Shown here: positions 18,305-28,166 of the stretch, one piece after another
Layout: each line of letters begins with the position of its first letter
Numbering within the stretch: position 1 is the first letter of the stretch
DNA from: Chthoniobacteraceae bacterium
Lineage (GTDB): Bacteria; Verrucomicrobiota; Verrucomicrobiia; Chthoniobacterales; Chthoniobacteraceae
DNA: 64,000 nt
Direction: 5' to 3'
Assembly: GCA_947479475.1 (NCBI GenBank)
Contig: CANJZW010000001.1
Coordinates: 15,313-79,312 of the forward strand
Program-made: the position numbers and the translations under genes
Notes under the pieces: generated by a model
The model's input: only the letters and a program-made list of their open reading frames with translations
Databases searched by the model: none
Told to the model about the DNA's origin: nothing

Positions 18305-19702
18305 TCACATGAGGAATCCAAGCGGAGCGCTAGAGTTGTTTGAGGCGTAGAAGTTTCCAATATTGGGAAGTAACAACTTCAAATCGGAGCGAGAGACTCC
18401 CAGCCACAGAGCCATCTCCGCGAAGTAACTGTCCACGGCGATTTGCGGGATCAGGCGGCCGCGGCCCACATCCAAGGGATTGTCGGGCGCGAGACTGGGA
18501 AAAGAGCCGTATACTTTACGTCCTTTGACGGCACCTCCGACGACCAAATGATTGCCCCCCCACGCGTGATCCGTGCCCTCGGAATCCGTGTTCAAGGTTC
18601 GCGCGAAATCGGACGCCGTAAAGAGGGTCACGTTATTCTGCATTCCCAAGGAGGCGAGGCTGTCGAAGAACGCTTTGATGGCGGCATCAACTTCGGGGAG
18701 CATCCGCGCCTGACTGGAAATGAGTTTGTCATGATGGTCCCAGCCGCCGTATTCGATGAAGAAGGTTTGGCGTTTATGTCCCAGCGAATCACGACCGGCA
18801 ATGGTTTTTGCAACGCGCTTTAATTGGCTGGCAAGGTTTGTGTTTGGGTAGGCCGCCTCGTTGGACAAGGGTTGCGACGTCGCGGAGTTGTACTGGGCGA
18901 AGGCGTTCATGGCGCGTGCCTTTCCCGAATTGAACGATTGGGCGAGCAGATTCTGGTAATTGAGCGCCAATTGAGAATCCACGGCTTTTGTCCGGAGCGC
19001 CAGCGGGTTGGTGCCAGTGCTGGAGTGGTTGTATCCATTGAGAGCAACAGCGCCGCCTGTGTTCACAGAATAGGCAAAAGAACCGGCTCCTGATTGCCAG
19101 ATATTTTGCCCGGACAGAGAGACATTCATCGAGACCGTATGGCTCGAATTCAAACCGGCGAGGAGGTCCGCTGCTTTTCCTGCCCAGCCTTTCGCGGAGC
19201 GCGCGTTGGTGGTGGAAGTCTGCCACTGCTCCTGCTGGTCAGCGTGCGAGTATAAACCCAAGGGTAAGTGTCTCGATACGCTGTTGTATTGTGTCTTTGT
19301 GATGGGTTCTGCAAGGGTGCCGACGTTTGTGAGGAACGCGGCGTTTCCTGCTTCAAAAAGAGACTGCACATTGGGGAGGCCGGGATGGAGTCCGAGCTGG
19401 ATCCCGGAGAGGCCTTGCGGGGTGATTGGCAGCAGGCTTGATTGTGGAAGGGCGACCTTTCCACGCACGGCCGCGTACTGTGCGTATTCCGCGCTACCGC
19501 TGGGAACCAATACGTTAAACGTGTCCATGCCGCCGGCCATAAACAAACACACGAGGGCACGGTAGTCAGAGCCATTGGCGGTGGCAGCCGCGGCGTTTCC
19601 AGCAAGATTGAGGTTAAGAACGGTGCTTAAAATCGGAAGGGAACTGATGGCAGCACAGTTCGCCTGGCCGAGAAATTGACGGCGGGAAATTTCCTGGGGC
19701 AT
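18305..19702 (-). CDS. DUF1501 family protein (Tat-exported, alkaline-phosphatase/sulfatase-fold-like)
   Basis: Twin-arginine leader MPQEISRRQFLGQ. Motifs FMAGGMDTFN, FFIEYGGWDHHDK and GTDHAWGGNHLVVGG. It lies 20 nt downstream of the DUF1800 gene. Confidence 0.85.
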   Translation of the reverse strand: MPQEISRRQFLGQANCAAISSLPILSTVLNLNLAGNAAAATANGSDYRALVCLFMAGGMDTFNVLVPSGSAEYAQYAAVRGKVALPQSSLLPITPQGLSGIQLGLHPGLPNVQSLFEAGNAAFLTNVGTLAEPITKTQYNSVSRHLPLGLYSHADQQEQWQTSTTNARSAKGWAGKAADLLAGLNSSHTVSMNVSLSGQNIWQSGAGSFAYSVNTGGAVALNGYNHSSTGTNPLALRTKAVDSQLALNYQNLLAQSFNSGKARAMNAFAQYNSATSQPLSNEAAYPNTNLASQLKRVAKTIAGRDSLGHKRQTFFIEYGGWDHHDKLISSQARMLPEVDAAIKAFFDSLASLGMQNNVTLFTASDFARTLNTDSEGTDHAWGGNHLVVGGAVKGRKVYGSFPSLAPDNPLDVGRGRLIPQIAVDSYFAEMALWLGVSRSDLKLLLPNIGNFYASNNSSAPLGFLM

Positions 19703-19722
19703 CGTGGGGGGGGAGTAAGGGG

Positions 19723-21762
19723 TTAACGGAGGACGGCAAAATCAGGAGAACTCGCGATTAGATAGATGGCCATGCGGACACGTTCACTCTGCCATTGTGC
19801 CACGGTTGTGGAAATGCCCTCGACAGCCTCGCGAATTAGCTGGTGCTGAATCAGGGGCAGCGATCCTCCCATCAAAAGCAAATCAAGGCGCTGCATGAGG
19901 GCGGGGACGTCGCCTGCCAGAGCGAGTTCGGCATCGAGGTGGGGCAAGACCATTTCATCCGGATTTTTGCTGATGGAACGGTTAAACCCGTTTTGGAGCG
20001 TATTGAGATAATAGTTCGGGATGGAGAGCGCGGTGACGGCATTCAGGATTTGTGCTTCTGGGGCTGCCAGACCGGCGTCGAACAAGGCGCCCGCTGGGGA
20101 GTAGTCGGGTTTGAAAAAGTTAAACACGCTCGGAGCCGACATCGGCTGCTGGAAATGGATTTGACTCAGATTACCAAGCGCATAATTTTGATCTGCGGAA
20201 GTCGCGTTCAAAGCGTGCGCGAGGTTTACAGAACGAAGGTACGGTTCTTTGATCCTCCCAAAACTCGGACTGGCGGTCAGCTTGACATCCCGAGCTTCCG
20301 GGTCCAAAAGCACCGCCTTGATCACGGCCTTGAGATCGCCTCGAGCCCTGCTCCCGTTGTCCGCAAACTTATCCGCCACCCTCTTGATGTACTGCGGTGA
20401 GGGGTTGGACGTGACTAGTTTCTGGATCAGCTGTTTGGAGAAAAACGGGGGCGTGTTCGGGTGTTGGAAGAGCGCGTCTATGGCAGCCTTGTAGTCGGCG
20501 GTTCCAGAGGCGCCTGTATCCGGTTTGCTCGCGGTGCGCGCAGGGAGCTGCGTTCCGAGGCTGCCAGGTCCGGCGATGATCGTTTTCGCAGCTAGATCGT
20601 GATAGGCATCCCACATCCGCATCGGGTCCAGATAATTTTCCGGAGCGTTGTAGAAACTCACGGCCTTTGGGCCAGAGAAACTGAAGCCGGTCATCACCCG
20701 GGCCATGTTGGCGACCGTCTTGTTGTCGTACGTGGGGATTGGTTGCCCTCCGGCGTCCAGCACCTTGGTGCCGTCCTGGTTGAGTTGCCATAGTCCGATC
20801 GAGAAAAGCTGCATGATTTCGCGGGCGAAATTTTCATCCGCAAAAGTTCCTGCCGCCGCGTTTCCCTTAGCGTTCTGAAGATGGCTCAAATAGGTACCCA
20901 TGCAGGGGTGCGTTCCCACCGCATACAACACATCGCGAAAGTTGCCGAAAGTCCCCTTCAGCAGCATGTCGTAGAAGCCGGCCATGGCCACGGGACGGTT
21001 CCCGAGGGTCGCTGCTTGGTCGGAGATGACAAAGATTTCGCTCAGGGCAAAACCCACGCGTTGCCGGAGAGGGTCCGCAGTCCCCGAACGGTTCATTACC
21101 TGATTCCACCAGGCGGTGGCCTTCATCGCGCTTGTGACCGCCGTTCCCTGAGAGAGGAGATAGGGCTGGAGCAATCCTACAGGCTGATTGAACTGCTTCT
21201 CGATCCAACCTTGAAACCCCAAGTCACTCACTTCAGAGACATTTTTAAAGTCACCGTCCGGTCCGAACGCAGCCTGGTTTAAAAAGCGTACCGCCGCCTT
21301 TTTTCCGGGAAGTGCCGATCCTGCCTTCAAATTAAGCGAGACGCTCGGGGCAGCCGACAAACTGCCCCCTGCGACTTTCGCTGTTGATAAGTACCCCGAC
21401 GTCAGAGTGACCGTGATCGTTTTAACTGCAGGCGTGAGAGGCTTATCGGTGGGTGAGAACTCCAGCCACGCTTCGCGTGCGCCATCTGGAATTGTGATCG
21501 TATTCCCCGCGCCCACGCCATATTCGAGGTTGCGGAGAGCCGTACCACCGATTGAGAAACCAACGGTCACGGCTCCCTTTGTGTTTTTACGGCGGAAGGC
21601 TACGACACCGTTGTCCGGCCAGTTTGTGCTCATGTCCCCATCGATTAGGACAAGGGAGACAGGATCTGAAGTCTGAGCCAGTGCGGACGGGCCAGGGCTT
21701 GTTGTGCAGAGAGCCAATAAGGCAAGAGCTGCGACACGGGAGAGCGGGGAATTGCTTCTCAT
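19723..21762 (-). CDS. DUF1800 family protein with an N-terminal beta-rich extension
   Basis: The ORF is open to 21921, but a signal-peptide-like start MRSNSPLSRVAALALLALCTTS sits at the ATG at 21762. DUF1800-type blocks: AWWNQVMNRSGTADPLRQRVGFALSEIFVIS, GNFRDVLYAVGTHPCMGTYLS and ENFAREIMQLFSIGL. Confidence 0.8.
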   Translation of the reverse strand: MRSNSPLSRVAALALLALCTTSPGPSALAQTSDPVSLVLIDGDMSTNWPDNGVVAFRRKNTKGAVTVGFSIGGTALRNLEYGVGAGNTITIPDGAREAWLEFSPTDKPLTPAVKTITVTLTSGYLSTAKVAGGSLSAAPSVSLNLKAGSALPGKKAAVRFLNQAAFGPDGDFKNVSEVSDLGFQGWIEKQFNQPVGLLQPYLLSQGTAVTSAMKATAWWNQVMNRSGTADPLRQRVGFALSEIFVISDQAATLGNRPVAMAGFYDMLLKGTFGNFRDVLYAVGTHPCMGTYLSHLQNAKGNAAAGTFADENFAREIMQLFSIGLWQLNQDGTKVLDAGGQPIPTYDNKTVANMARVMTGFSFSGPKAVSFYNAPENYLDPMRMWDAYHDLAAKTIIAGPGSLGTQLPARTASKPDTGASGTADYKAAIDALFQHPNTPPFFSKQLIQKLVTSNPSPQYIKRVADKFADNGSRARGDLKAVIKAVLLDPEARDVKLTASPSFGRIKEPYLRSVNLAHALNATSADQNYALGNLSQIHFQQPMSAPSVFNFFKPDYSPAGALFDAGLAAPEAQILNAVTALSIPNYYLNTLQNGFNRSISKNPDEMVLPHLDAELALAGDVPALMQRLDLLLMGGSLPLIQHQLIREAVEGISTTVAQWQSERVRMAIYLIASSPDFAVLR

Positions 21763-21871
21763 AAAACCGAAGGGTTGCTGGGGGGTTCGGTCGGTGAACT
21801 CTGTGGGTGACACAGATTCTCGATGCCTCTTTCTTAGGGATTTTTTCAAAAATGCCAGAAAGATCTTTAAA

Positions 21872-21902
21872 GAGCTCTGGCCGTCACCGGCCAAAAGAGC
21901 TC
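21872..21902. terminator. bulged 12-bp hairpin between the HEAT/cytochrome gene and the DUF1800 operon
   Basis: gagctctggccg(tcac)cggcca-aaa-gagctc. It is flanked by short T/A runs on both strands and sits 110 nt upstream of the proposed DUF1800 start. Confidence 0.3.
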
Positions 21903-22163
21903 GTTTTGAATTTGCAACCATCCTTGAGGGAGAGGTTTAAAAGAAAGCAGACGCGCCCGTGTTCCGGGCCCCCCATTGCGTTTTCTGGCTATAAATTTCT
22001 CAGACCGCGCTATCATGCAGCCCGAGGTCGGCAACCCAGTGTATCAAGAAACAATGCTTCGGTCTCTGGCTTTTGGCGTCCTCTGCATCAAGAAAACCAG
22101 ACCTTCCGTCTCTAACAAAAAGTGGCTATCAGGTTGAACACCTGGATTTTGTGGCGAAGAAAC

Positions 22164-25100
22164 CTACTTGCTGGAAGGCCCCATGGGTTTTGGCTTTGGC
22201 GCCCATTTCAGCCCGGCGAGGTACGCCACGGCGTCGCGAACTTCCCGGGGTTTTAAAATCCCGAGCATCGGGGGCATGATTGATACGGGTGGCGTTTGAC
22301 TGGCGATATTCGATTTCAAAATGGTTTTCTGGCTGCCGTCGGGAAGTTGGATCGAACAGCTTTCTGCGGTTTCGCTCAAAGGGGCGCCGCTGAGCTGGGT
22401 TCCATCGCGCAACGTCACGAGGGTGACACCATAACCCGGAGCGATTTTTGCCGAAGGTTCTAGGAGGCTCTCGAGCAGGTAGGGGCGATCTTTTTGCAGG
22501 CCAATCGAGCGCAGGCTGGGGCCGACGCCGCTCCCGGTTTCCCCCGTCGCGTGGCATGCCAGACAGTTGGCTCCCAGATGGTTCTGGACGAGTTCAAGTC
22601 CAAGTGCCGCGTTGCCACCCACGAGCAGTTCGAGATGTTGCGTTCCCGCCGCGCTGTCCGCGTAGCTGCGTGCCAATTGGGCCAGAGCTGGGTTCGCGGC
22701 GGCCCGAGCCGTAAGGGCTTCGGCAACTTCGAGCTGGAGGGCTGGCTCTTCATGGCTCCGCAAAAGCGCCTCGCCGCGCTCGGCCAAAACGGCGTCCGCG
22801 CCTGCCGTTTCTGCCCGGGCGAGTTGGGTGATAGCGTGTTGCTTTTGGGGCAGTGTCCCTTTTTTTAGAATGCTTTCACAAAGAGCGACCGCACGCGCCG
22901 ACTGCTCTGGCAGCAGGAACTCCAAAGCCGTCTGCTGCAAAATGACTGGGCTGGTTTCAGCCAGAGCCGCATCCAGGGCAGTCGTCCATTCGCGGGTTTC
23001 GCGTTGGTCACCGGCCATGAGCCGGAGCGCTTGTGCGCGGATGATCTCGGGGGCCGCACTGTCCGAGATGATCGCGGCAACCAGCCTGGGATCTGCTTTG
23101 AGCGAGTATGCGATGAGGATTTCTACAGCGGGCTGCCTGAGTTCCGTTTCTGCGAGGGCGAGCAACGTATTGAGTTTCGGAGCGAGGATTTCTTCGATTG
23201 GAGCGGGCTGGAGTTTCCGGGCATAACCGTCAACGCGGTCTAGTCGGGGGGCGGCCTTCCATTCGAGCAGGCAGCCGAGTGCCTCCGCTCTGAATTTCAG
23301 CGGGGCCGCTGGATTGAGGGCGAGGGTGAGGATATCCGCCGCGTGTTTCGCTGTGCCCAACCGCAACCCTGCGTTGATGACGCGGAACATGGCAGGTTCG
23401 CTAAGGGAGGGGTGGGTTAGAAGAGCCGCCAGTTCGGGAAGTGCCTCTGGAATGCCTTCGGCATCGTGAATGGCGCGTGCAGCCTCAGTGACAACGGCCT
23501 GGTCGGCATCGTGCAGAAATTCTGCGACGAGCGGGGACGCCTGTCGGCGGAGCGCCACGACGCTCGCGAGGCGCACTGCCTGGGAGGGGTCGTTTTTTGT
23601 AGCGGCGAGCTGTTCGGGTGTGGCGCAACCCGCAAGTCCAGCGATGGAGGCGTGCCTAAGCACGGGCTCTTGCCAGTCGCGTTTGGCGAGTGCGAAAAGA
23701 GCCTCCGTTGCTTCAGGCATGCGGAGCCGGCCCAGAGCGATAGCGGCAAAGTTTCTCACGCGGGGAGCCGCGTCGGAGAGAAGAGGAATGAGGGCCCGGG
23801 TTTGGTCTGGGGTCAGAGCAGCCTCGGAAAGGACACGCGCAGCCTGCGCACGGATCTCCGGTTCTGCATCAGCCAGCAATGGGAGGAAATCTGCGGCTTT
23901 TGCGGTCCGGGTGCGCAGTAGCTGGCCGTAGCCCCAAACTGCGTGGGCCCGGCTTAAGAGGACCGCCGATTTGGAAAATGCGGAGGAGAGAAGGGGTACG
24001 ATTTCCCGGCGCTTGACCAGTTCAAACTGGGCTCCCATTCGGACGCGTTGATCCACGTGGGCCAGCAACGCGACGAGTTGGGAAACCGTTTGTGGTTCGA
24101 AGCCGCCGGTTAGGATCTTGTGGGTGGCTTTGCGGATCGCTGAGTTTGCACCCGCGATGGAATCTGCTCGGAAGACGTTGCCTCGGCCGTCGATGGGATA
24201 ACCCTTGGCCCAATCCGTCATGAACAAGGATCCGTCCGGATGCCAGCTCATGCCGACCCCCATGAGACCTTTGTGAAGAATTTCCACGGGGCTGCGTTTG
24301 AAGGAGGCGCCGGCATGTTCCGCACGAAAACCGCGCATGACGCCCGTCGGGAATTCGTTCAAGAAAAACATGCCGCGCTGGGCCTGCCCGAGGGCCGTTC
24401 CTGGATCGTGTTTGAAGCCGGCGGGGCCATCGGTGGAGTTTTCAATCGGAGGCAGAATGTAGGCTGCCTGGCCCGGAAAGTCCGGCTCCCAGAGGCGCTC
24501 CAGCATCCAGGGAGTCCGGGCAGCCATGTATTGGTAGTTGCAGCGCCAGCCGGTATCGCTGGCTTCAGGGATGTAGACAAAGCGTTCTTTTTCACCCTTG
24601 AAATCGGCGTCGTTATCCACGCCCAGGAGGTCGCCAAAATCATCAAACGCCGGTTCCTGAACGTTGCGCAGACCGTGGGCGAAGACTTCAAAATTGGAGC
24701 CATCCGGGTCGACGCGGAGGATGCACCCTTCGTTTGGGTAAAAGAAATGGCGCCCTTCCCGGGAGGTCACATTCACGCCTTTGTCGCCGATACTCCAGTA
24801 GATACGGCCGTCCGGTCCGAGCGCCAAGCCGTGCATGTCATGTCCTGCGTAGGCGATGTGCAGGCCGAACCCGTGGACAAGAATTTCCCGCACATCCGCG
24901 ACGCCATCATCGTCGGTGTCCTTAAAACGCCAAAGGTCGGGAGCGATGGTCGCGTAAACCCAGCCGTCGTGGTAAAGGACTCCCGCTGCGATTCCGGTGA
25001 CTTCGGAGTTAAACCCTTCGGCAAAGACAGTCATCTTGTCTGGGATTCCGTCGCCGTCGGTATCCCGGAGTTGATAGATCCGTTCCGAGATGGCGGTTAG

Positions 25101-25511
25101 ATCTTTCCAGTCGACGGAGCCATCGCCGTTCTGATCCTTGAGGCTGCCGCGGGGTTGGCGGAAATTGCCGGGAGCGAGTTTATCCCGCAGGAAAGCGGCC
25201 TTGTCTTCAACGCTTCGAAAACCAACGTCGTCGGGAACCCACTTTGGGAATTCTCTGATGTCTAGATCGGCAACTTTGCGCCGGGCCGTGGAGGTGACGT
25301 AGACGCGCCCTTTAGGGTCGACGGAACAGGCCACAGGGTCTGGGACGTTGAGGGAAGCGGACCATTTTTCAAAGACGAGGTCTGCGCCGGTTGGGGAGAC
25401 GGGGGCAGAGGACTCTGCGGCGCGCTTGGCATTGTCTGCAGCGGGTGCGGGGAGAATGGCGATGAGACCAAGCAGGCCGAGGACCGTGCCGGTTGGGCGG
25501 AAAGATTTCAT
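22164..25511 (-). CDS. PVC-type 'membrane-bound dehydrogenase' beta-propeller / HEAT-repeat / C-terminal heme-binding (CxxCH) protein
   Basis: Signal peptide MKSFRPTGTVLGLLGLIAILPAPAA. Propeller block DTDGDGIPDK...FKDTDDDGVADV...HDMHGLALGPDGRIYWSIGDKG...FAHGLRNVQEPAFDDFGDLLGVDND. There is a long HEAT-like region (RVRNFAAIALGRL, AVRLASVVALR). CLACH lies at 22551..22565, followed by ...MPPM. Confidence 0.85.
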   Translation of the reverse strand: MKSFRPTGTVLGLLGLIAILPAPAADNAKRAAESSAPVSPTGADLVFEKWSASLNVPDPVACSVDPKGRVYVTSTARRKVADLDIREFPKWVPDDVGFRSVEDKAAFLRDKLAPGNFRQPRGSLKDQNGDGSVDWKDLTAISERIYQLRDTDGDGIPDKMTVFAEGFNSEVTGIAAGVLYHDGWVYATIAPDLWRFKDTDDDGVADVREILVHGFGLHIAYAGHDMHGLALGPDGRIYWSIGDKGVNVTSREGRHFFYPNEGCILRVDPDGSNFEVFAHGLRNVQEPAFDDFGDLLGVDNDADFKGEKERFVYIPEASDTGWRCNYQYMAARTPWMLERLWEPDFPGQAAYILPPIENSTDGPAGFKHDPGTALGQAQRGMFFLNEFPTGVMRGFRAEHAGASFKRSPVEILHKGLMGVGMSWHPDGSLFMTDWAKGYPIDGRGNVFRADSIAGANSAIRKATHKILTGGFEPQTVSQLVALLAHVDQRVRMGAQFELVKRREIVPLLSSAFSKSAVLLSRAHAVWGYGQLLRTRTAKAADFLPLLADAEPEIRAQAARVLSEAALTPDQTRALIPLLSDAAPRVRNFAAIALGRLRMPEATEALFALAKRDWQEPVLRHASIAGLAGCATPEQLAATKNDPSQAVRLASVVALRRQASPLVAEFLHDADQAVVTEAARAIHDAEGIPEALPELAALLTHPSLSEPAMFRVINAGLRLGTAKHAADILTLALNPAAPLKFRAEALGCLLEWKAAPRLDRVDGYARKLQPAPIEEILAPKLNTLLALAETELRQPAVEILIAYSLKADPRLVAAIISDSAAPEIIRAQALRLMAGDQRETREWTTALDAALAETSPVILQQTALEFLLPEQSARAVALCESILKKGTLPQKQHAITQLARAETAGADAVLAERGEALLRSHEEPALQLEVAEALTARAAANPALAQLARSYADSAAGTQHLELLVGGNAALGLELVQNHLGANCLACHATGETGSGVGPSLRSIGLQKDRPYLLESLLEPSAKIAPGYGVTLVTLRDGTQLSGAPLSETAESCSIQLPDGSQKTILKSNIASQTPPVSIMPPMLGILKPREVRDAVAYLAGLKWAPKPKPMGPSSK

Positions 25512-25949
25512 AAAAAGCAGGGTGGTGGAGAGGAACGGGAGAGGCAGATCCGATAAAAGAGAGAGGAGGCGGGAGATCTGCCCTAAAATCCGTGACCAAA
25601 TTGGTATAGGCTTTCTCCAAGCGTGCTGGCAAGGCGTGCCATGTTTCAGGGTCGAAATCCAGAAGGCAGTGGGTTTGCTGGAAACGAGGAAGCCTTAAAT
25701 TTTCCAGCGCCGTGGGGTCTCATTTGACCGCGACTTTGGATAAGCAAGGACTCTATCTTGGCAGAAAGCAACGCGTTGTCAGAACGCCATCCGGTCCGTA
25801 ACGGCTGTGCGCGCGCGCAGGAAAAATAGCTGGGCTGCCATTACAAGCTTTTGACGGCTTGGTTTTTGGGCTCTGCTTCGACTCGTTCTTTTGGTGAGGG
25901 CTCGATTTTTACCGCCTTCGCCTTTTCTCCCCTCCAAAACCAACCTGCT

Positions 25950-27209
25950 ATGCTTACCTCCGCTTCTCCTAATCAAACCGTCCAAAAGGGCGTTACTATG
26001 ACGCTTGTCGCTGCGTTTCTGGGATGGCTCTTGGACGGGTTTGAACTCGGCCTTTTTCCTGTAGTGGCCCGTCCTGCGCTCCAGGACATGTTAGGGAGCG
26101 GCGTCGAAGGTGGTGTGGGACTTTGGATGGGGCGCATTACGGCGGCATTCCTTGTGGGGGCGGCCCTTGGAGGCGTAGTTTTTGGCTGGCTTGGGGACCG
26201 CATCGGACGGGTCAAAGCCATGGCTTGGAGTATTCTGTGCTATTCGCTTTTCAGTGGAGCCGGTTATTTTGCGGGGGCTCCTTCGCACTTGGCGGCCCTC
26301 CGGTTTCTTGCCGCCCTCGGAATGGGTGGGGAGTGGGCGCTGGGAGTGGCCCTTGTGATGGAATGCTGGCCTGACAAAGCCCGTCCATGGCTGGCCGCCG
26401 CCATCGGAGCGGCCTCGAATCTGGGAATGTTTCTGGTTGCATTAGTAGCCCGCATTTTTCCCGTCACGCCCGACTCCTGGCGCTGGCTCTTTCTGGTCGG
26501 CGCTTCCCCGGCCGTTTTGACCCTGTTGATCCGTTTGTGGGTGCCGGAGTCTGAAAAATGGAAGGCCGCCGCCGCCGCAGCCGGCGCGAAGAATGAACCT
26601 TCGGAGCTGGCAACCGTGTTGCGCCCACCCTTGCTATTCGCCACCGTCATGGGCGTCTCCCTCTCCGCCGTCGCCTTGATTGGTTCCTGGGGCAGCGTCC
26701 AATGGATCCCGCTCTGGGTGGATCAAATGACAGGCGGCACCCGCCCTGATGCCAAGGCCACGGTCCAGATGGTTTCGACGTTGACCGCCGCCGCCGGAGC
26801 GCTCCTTGGCCCTGTCCTGCTAGTCTCCATTCGCCGCCGCTTCGCGTATGGGCTTCTTTGTGTGCTCGCTTTTGGATGCAGCGTCTGGACGTTTCGTTTC
26901 CCGGCTGAATGGGGGAATTTGTTCCTCTTTAAAGTGGGGTGTATTGCTTTTACAACGGCCTCGTTCTACGGGTTTTTCCCGCTGTATTTCCCCGAGCTTT
27001 TTCCCACCCGGGTGCGCGCCACGGGGCAGGGGATTTGTTACAACGCGGGCCGCTTGATTGCGGCTGTTGGCGCCCTCGGCAGCGGCCAGCTTGTCGCCCA
27101 TTTCGGGGGGTACGCCCAGATGGGCGGTGTGATCACTCTGATTTATCTGGTGGGAATCGTCCTGTGTTTTTTCGCCCCGGAAACACACGGCAAACCGCTG
27201 CCGGAATAG
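25950..27209 (+). CDS. MFS transporter (sugar-acid/anion-type by context)
   Basis: There are about 12 hydrophobic segments. The MFS loop motif is GWLGDRIGRVKAM. I prefer the ATG at 25950 (MLTSASPNQ) over the 25851 ORF opening. Confidence 0.85.
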   Translation: MLTSASPNQTVQKGVTMTLVAAFLGWLLDGFELGLFPVVARPALQDMLGSGVEGGVGLWMGRITAAFLVGAALGGVVFGWLGDRIGRVKAMAWSILCYSLFSGAGYFAGAPSHLAALRFLAALGMGGEWALGVALVMECWPDKARPWLAAAIGAASNLGMFLVALVARIFPVTPDSWRWLFLVGASPAVLTLLIRLWVPESEKWKAAAAAAGAKNEPSELATVLRPPLLFATVMGVSLSAVALIGSWGSVQWIPLWVDQMTGGTRPDAKATVQMVSTLTAAAGALLGPVLLVSIRRRFAYGLLCVLAFGCSVWTFRFPAEWGNLFLFKVGCIAFTTASFYGFFPLYFPELFPTRVRATGQGICYNAGRLIAAVGALGSGQLVAHFGGYAQMGGVITLIYLVGIVLCFFAPETHGKPLPE

Positions 27210-27326
27210 ACACGCCTGCGGCGATGTCGCGGCGGTCTGGGCCTCTGAATTCTGGGCAAACCCTTTGGGGGTGGGGCGCGACAGAAGGTTGCCTTTTGCG
27301 GCGCAACCGTCCCAGACTCTTCAGCT

Positions 27327-28154
27327 ATGACCCCTGTTGCCGTATTTTCCACCTCTGTCGGTCTTGTTGCGAAACGGGATGATGTTTGGTTTCGTTTGGC
27401 GGGGCCTCATCTGGACACGCTCTTCACCAGGGACGAACCGGCGCGCTGGCTGGCTCAGCAGATGGATACGGCGGAACGCATCGAGGCACCCTCCGCATTT
27501 GGGGCGCCGATCCAGAGCCAGGAAGTTTGGGCGGCCGGGGTGACGTATTTGCGCTCGCGCAACGCCCGCATGGAGGAGTCCCAGGATGCCGGCGGCGGCA
27601 CTTTTTACGATCGCGTGTACGATGCGGACCGGCCCGAGCTTTTTTTCAAAGCAACACCGCACCGCGTTTTCGGAACGGGGGCGACGCTGAGCCTGCGCTC
27701 GGATTCCAAGTGGAACGTGCCAGAGCCTGAGCTGGCGTTGGCGCTGAACGTGCAGGGTAAAATCTTCGGCTACACCATTGGCAACGACTTGAGTTCGCGC
27801 GATATCGAGGGCGAAAACCCCCTTTATTTGCCCCAGGCCAAGGTTTGGAGCCAGTGTTGCGGCCTGGGTCCGGCGCTGGTGATTTGCGAACCGCTGGGAC
27901 CGGAGACCGCTATTGCCATCCAAATCCTGCGCGCCGGGGCCGCTGTTTTTGAGGGCAAAACCTCCTTGGCGCAAATGAAACGCACGCCCGAAGAGCTCGC
28001 AGCCTGGCTGTGGCGCGACAATACGTTTCCCTACGGCTGTTATCTGCTCACCGGAACGGGTCTTGTGCCGCCCAATGAATTCACGCTGGAAGGTGGAGAT
28101 GAAATTCGCATTTCCATCGATTCGCTCGGGACCCTGATCAATTTCATCGCTTAA
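27327..28154 (+). CDS. fumarylacetoacetate hydrolase (FAH) family protein, 2-keto-3-deoxy-pentonate dehydratase-like
   Basis: FAH-fold block ELFFKATPHRVFGTGATLSLRSDSKWNVPEPELALALN...GYTIGNDLSSRDIEGENPLYLPQAKVW. The size (275 aa) and the adjacent semialdehyde dehydrogenase fit a KdaD-type enzyme. Confidence 0.8.
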   Translation: MTPVAVFSTSVGLVAKRDDVWFRLAGPHLDTLFTRDEPARWLAQQMDTAERIEAPSAFGAPIQSQEVWAAGVTYLRSRNARMEESQDAGGGTFYDRVYDADRPELFFKATPHRVFGTGATLSLRSDSKWNVPEPELALALNVQGKIFGYTIGNDLSSRDIEGENPLYLPQAKVWSQCCGLGPALVICEPLGPETAIAIQILRAGAAVFEGKTSLAQMKRTPEELAAWLWRDNTFPYGCYLLTGTGLVPPNEFTLEGGDEIRISIDSLGTLINFIA

Positions 28155-28166
28155 CGGAGGCTTTTT

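Noticed and set aside
21763-21921. N-terminal extensions of ORFs beyond signal-peptide starts. This applies here and also at 55340..55501 and 18286..18360.
   Set aside because: The extensions are hydrophilic, non-conserved-looking and overlap or crowd neighbouring genes. Internal ATGs give canonical signal peptides or anchors, so I shortened the calls. The true starts still need experimental or comparative confirmation.
24240-25100. 286-aa plus-strand ORF opposite the propeller region of the HEAT/cytochrome gene
   Set aside because: It is an antisense artefact. The minus-strand frame shows repeated propeller motifs (DTDGDG, GPDGRIYW).
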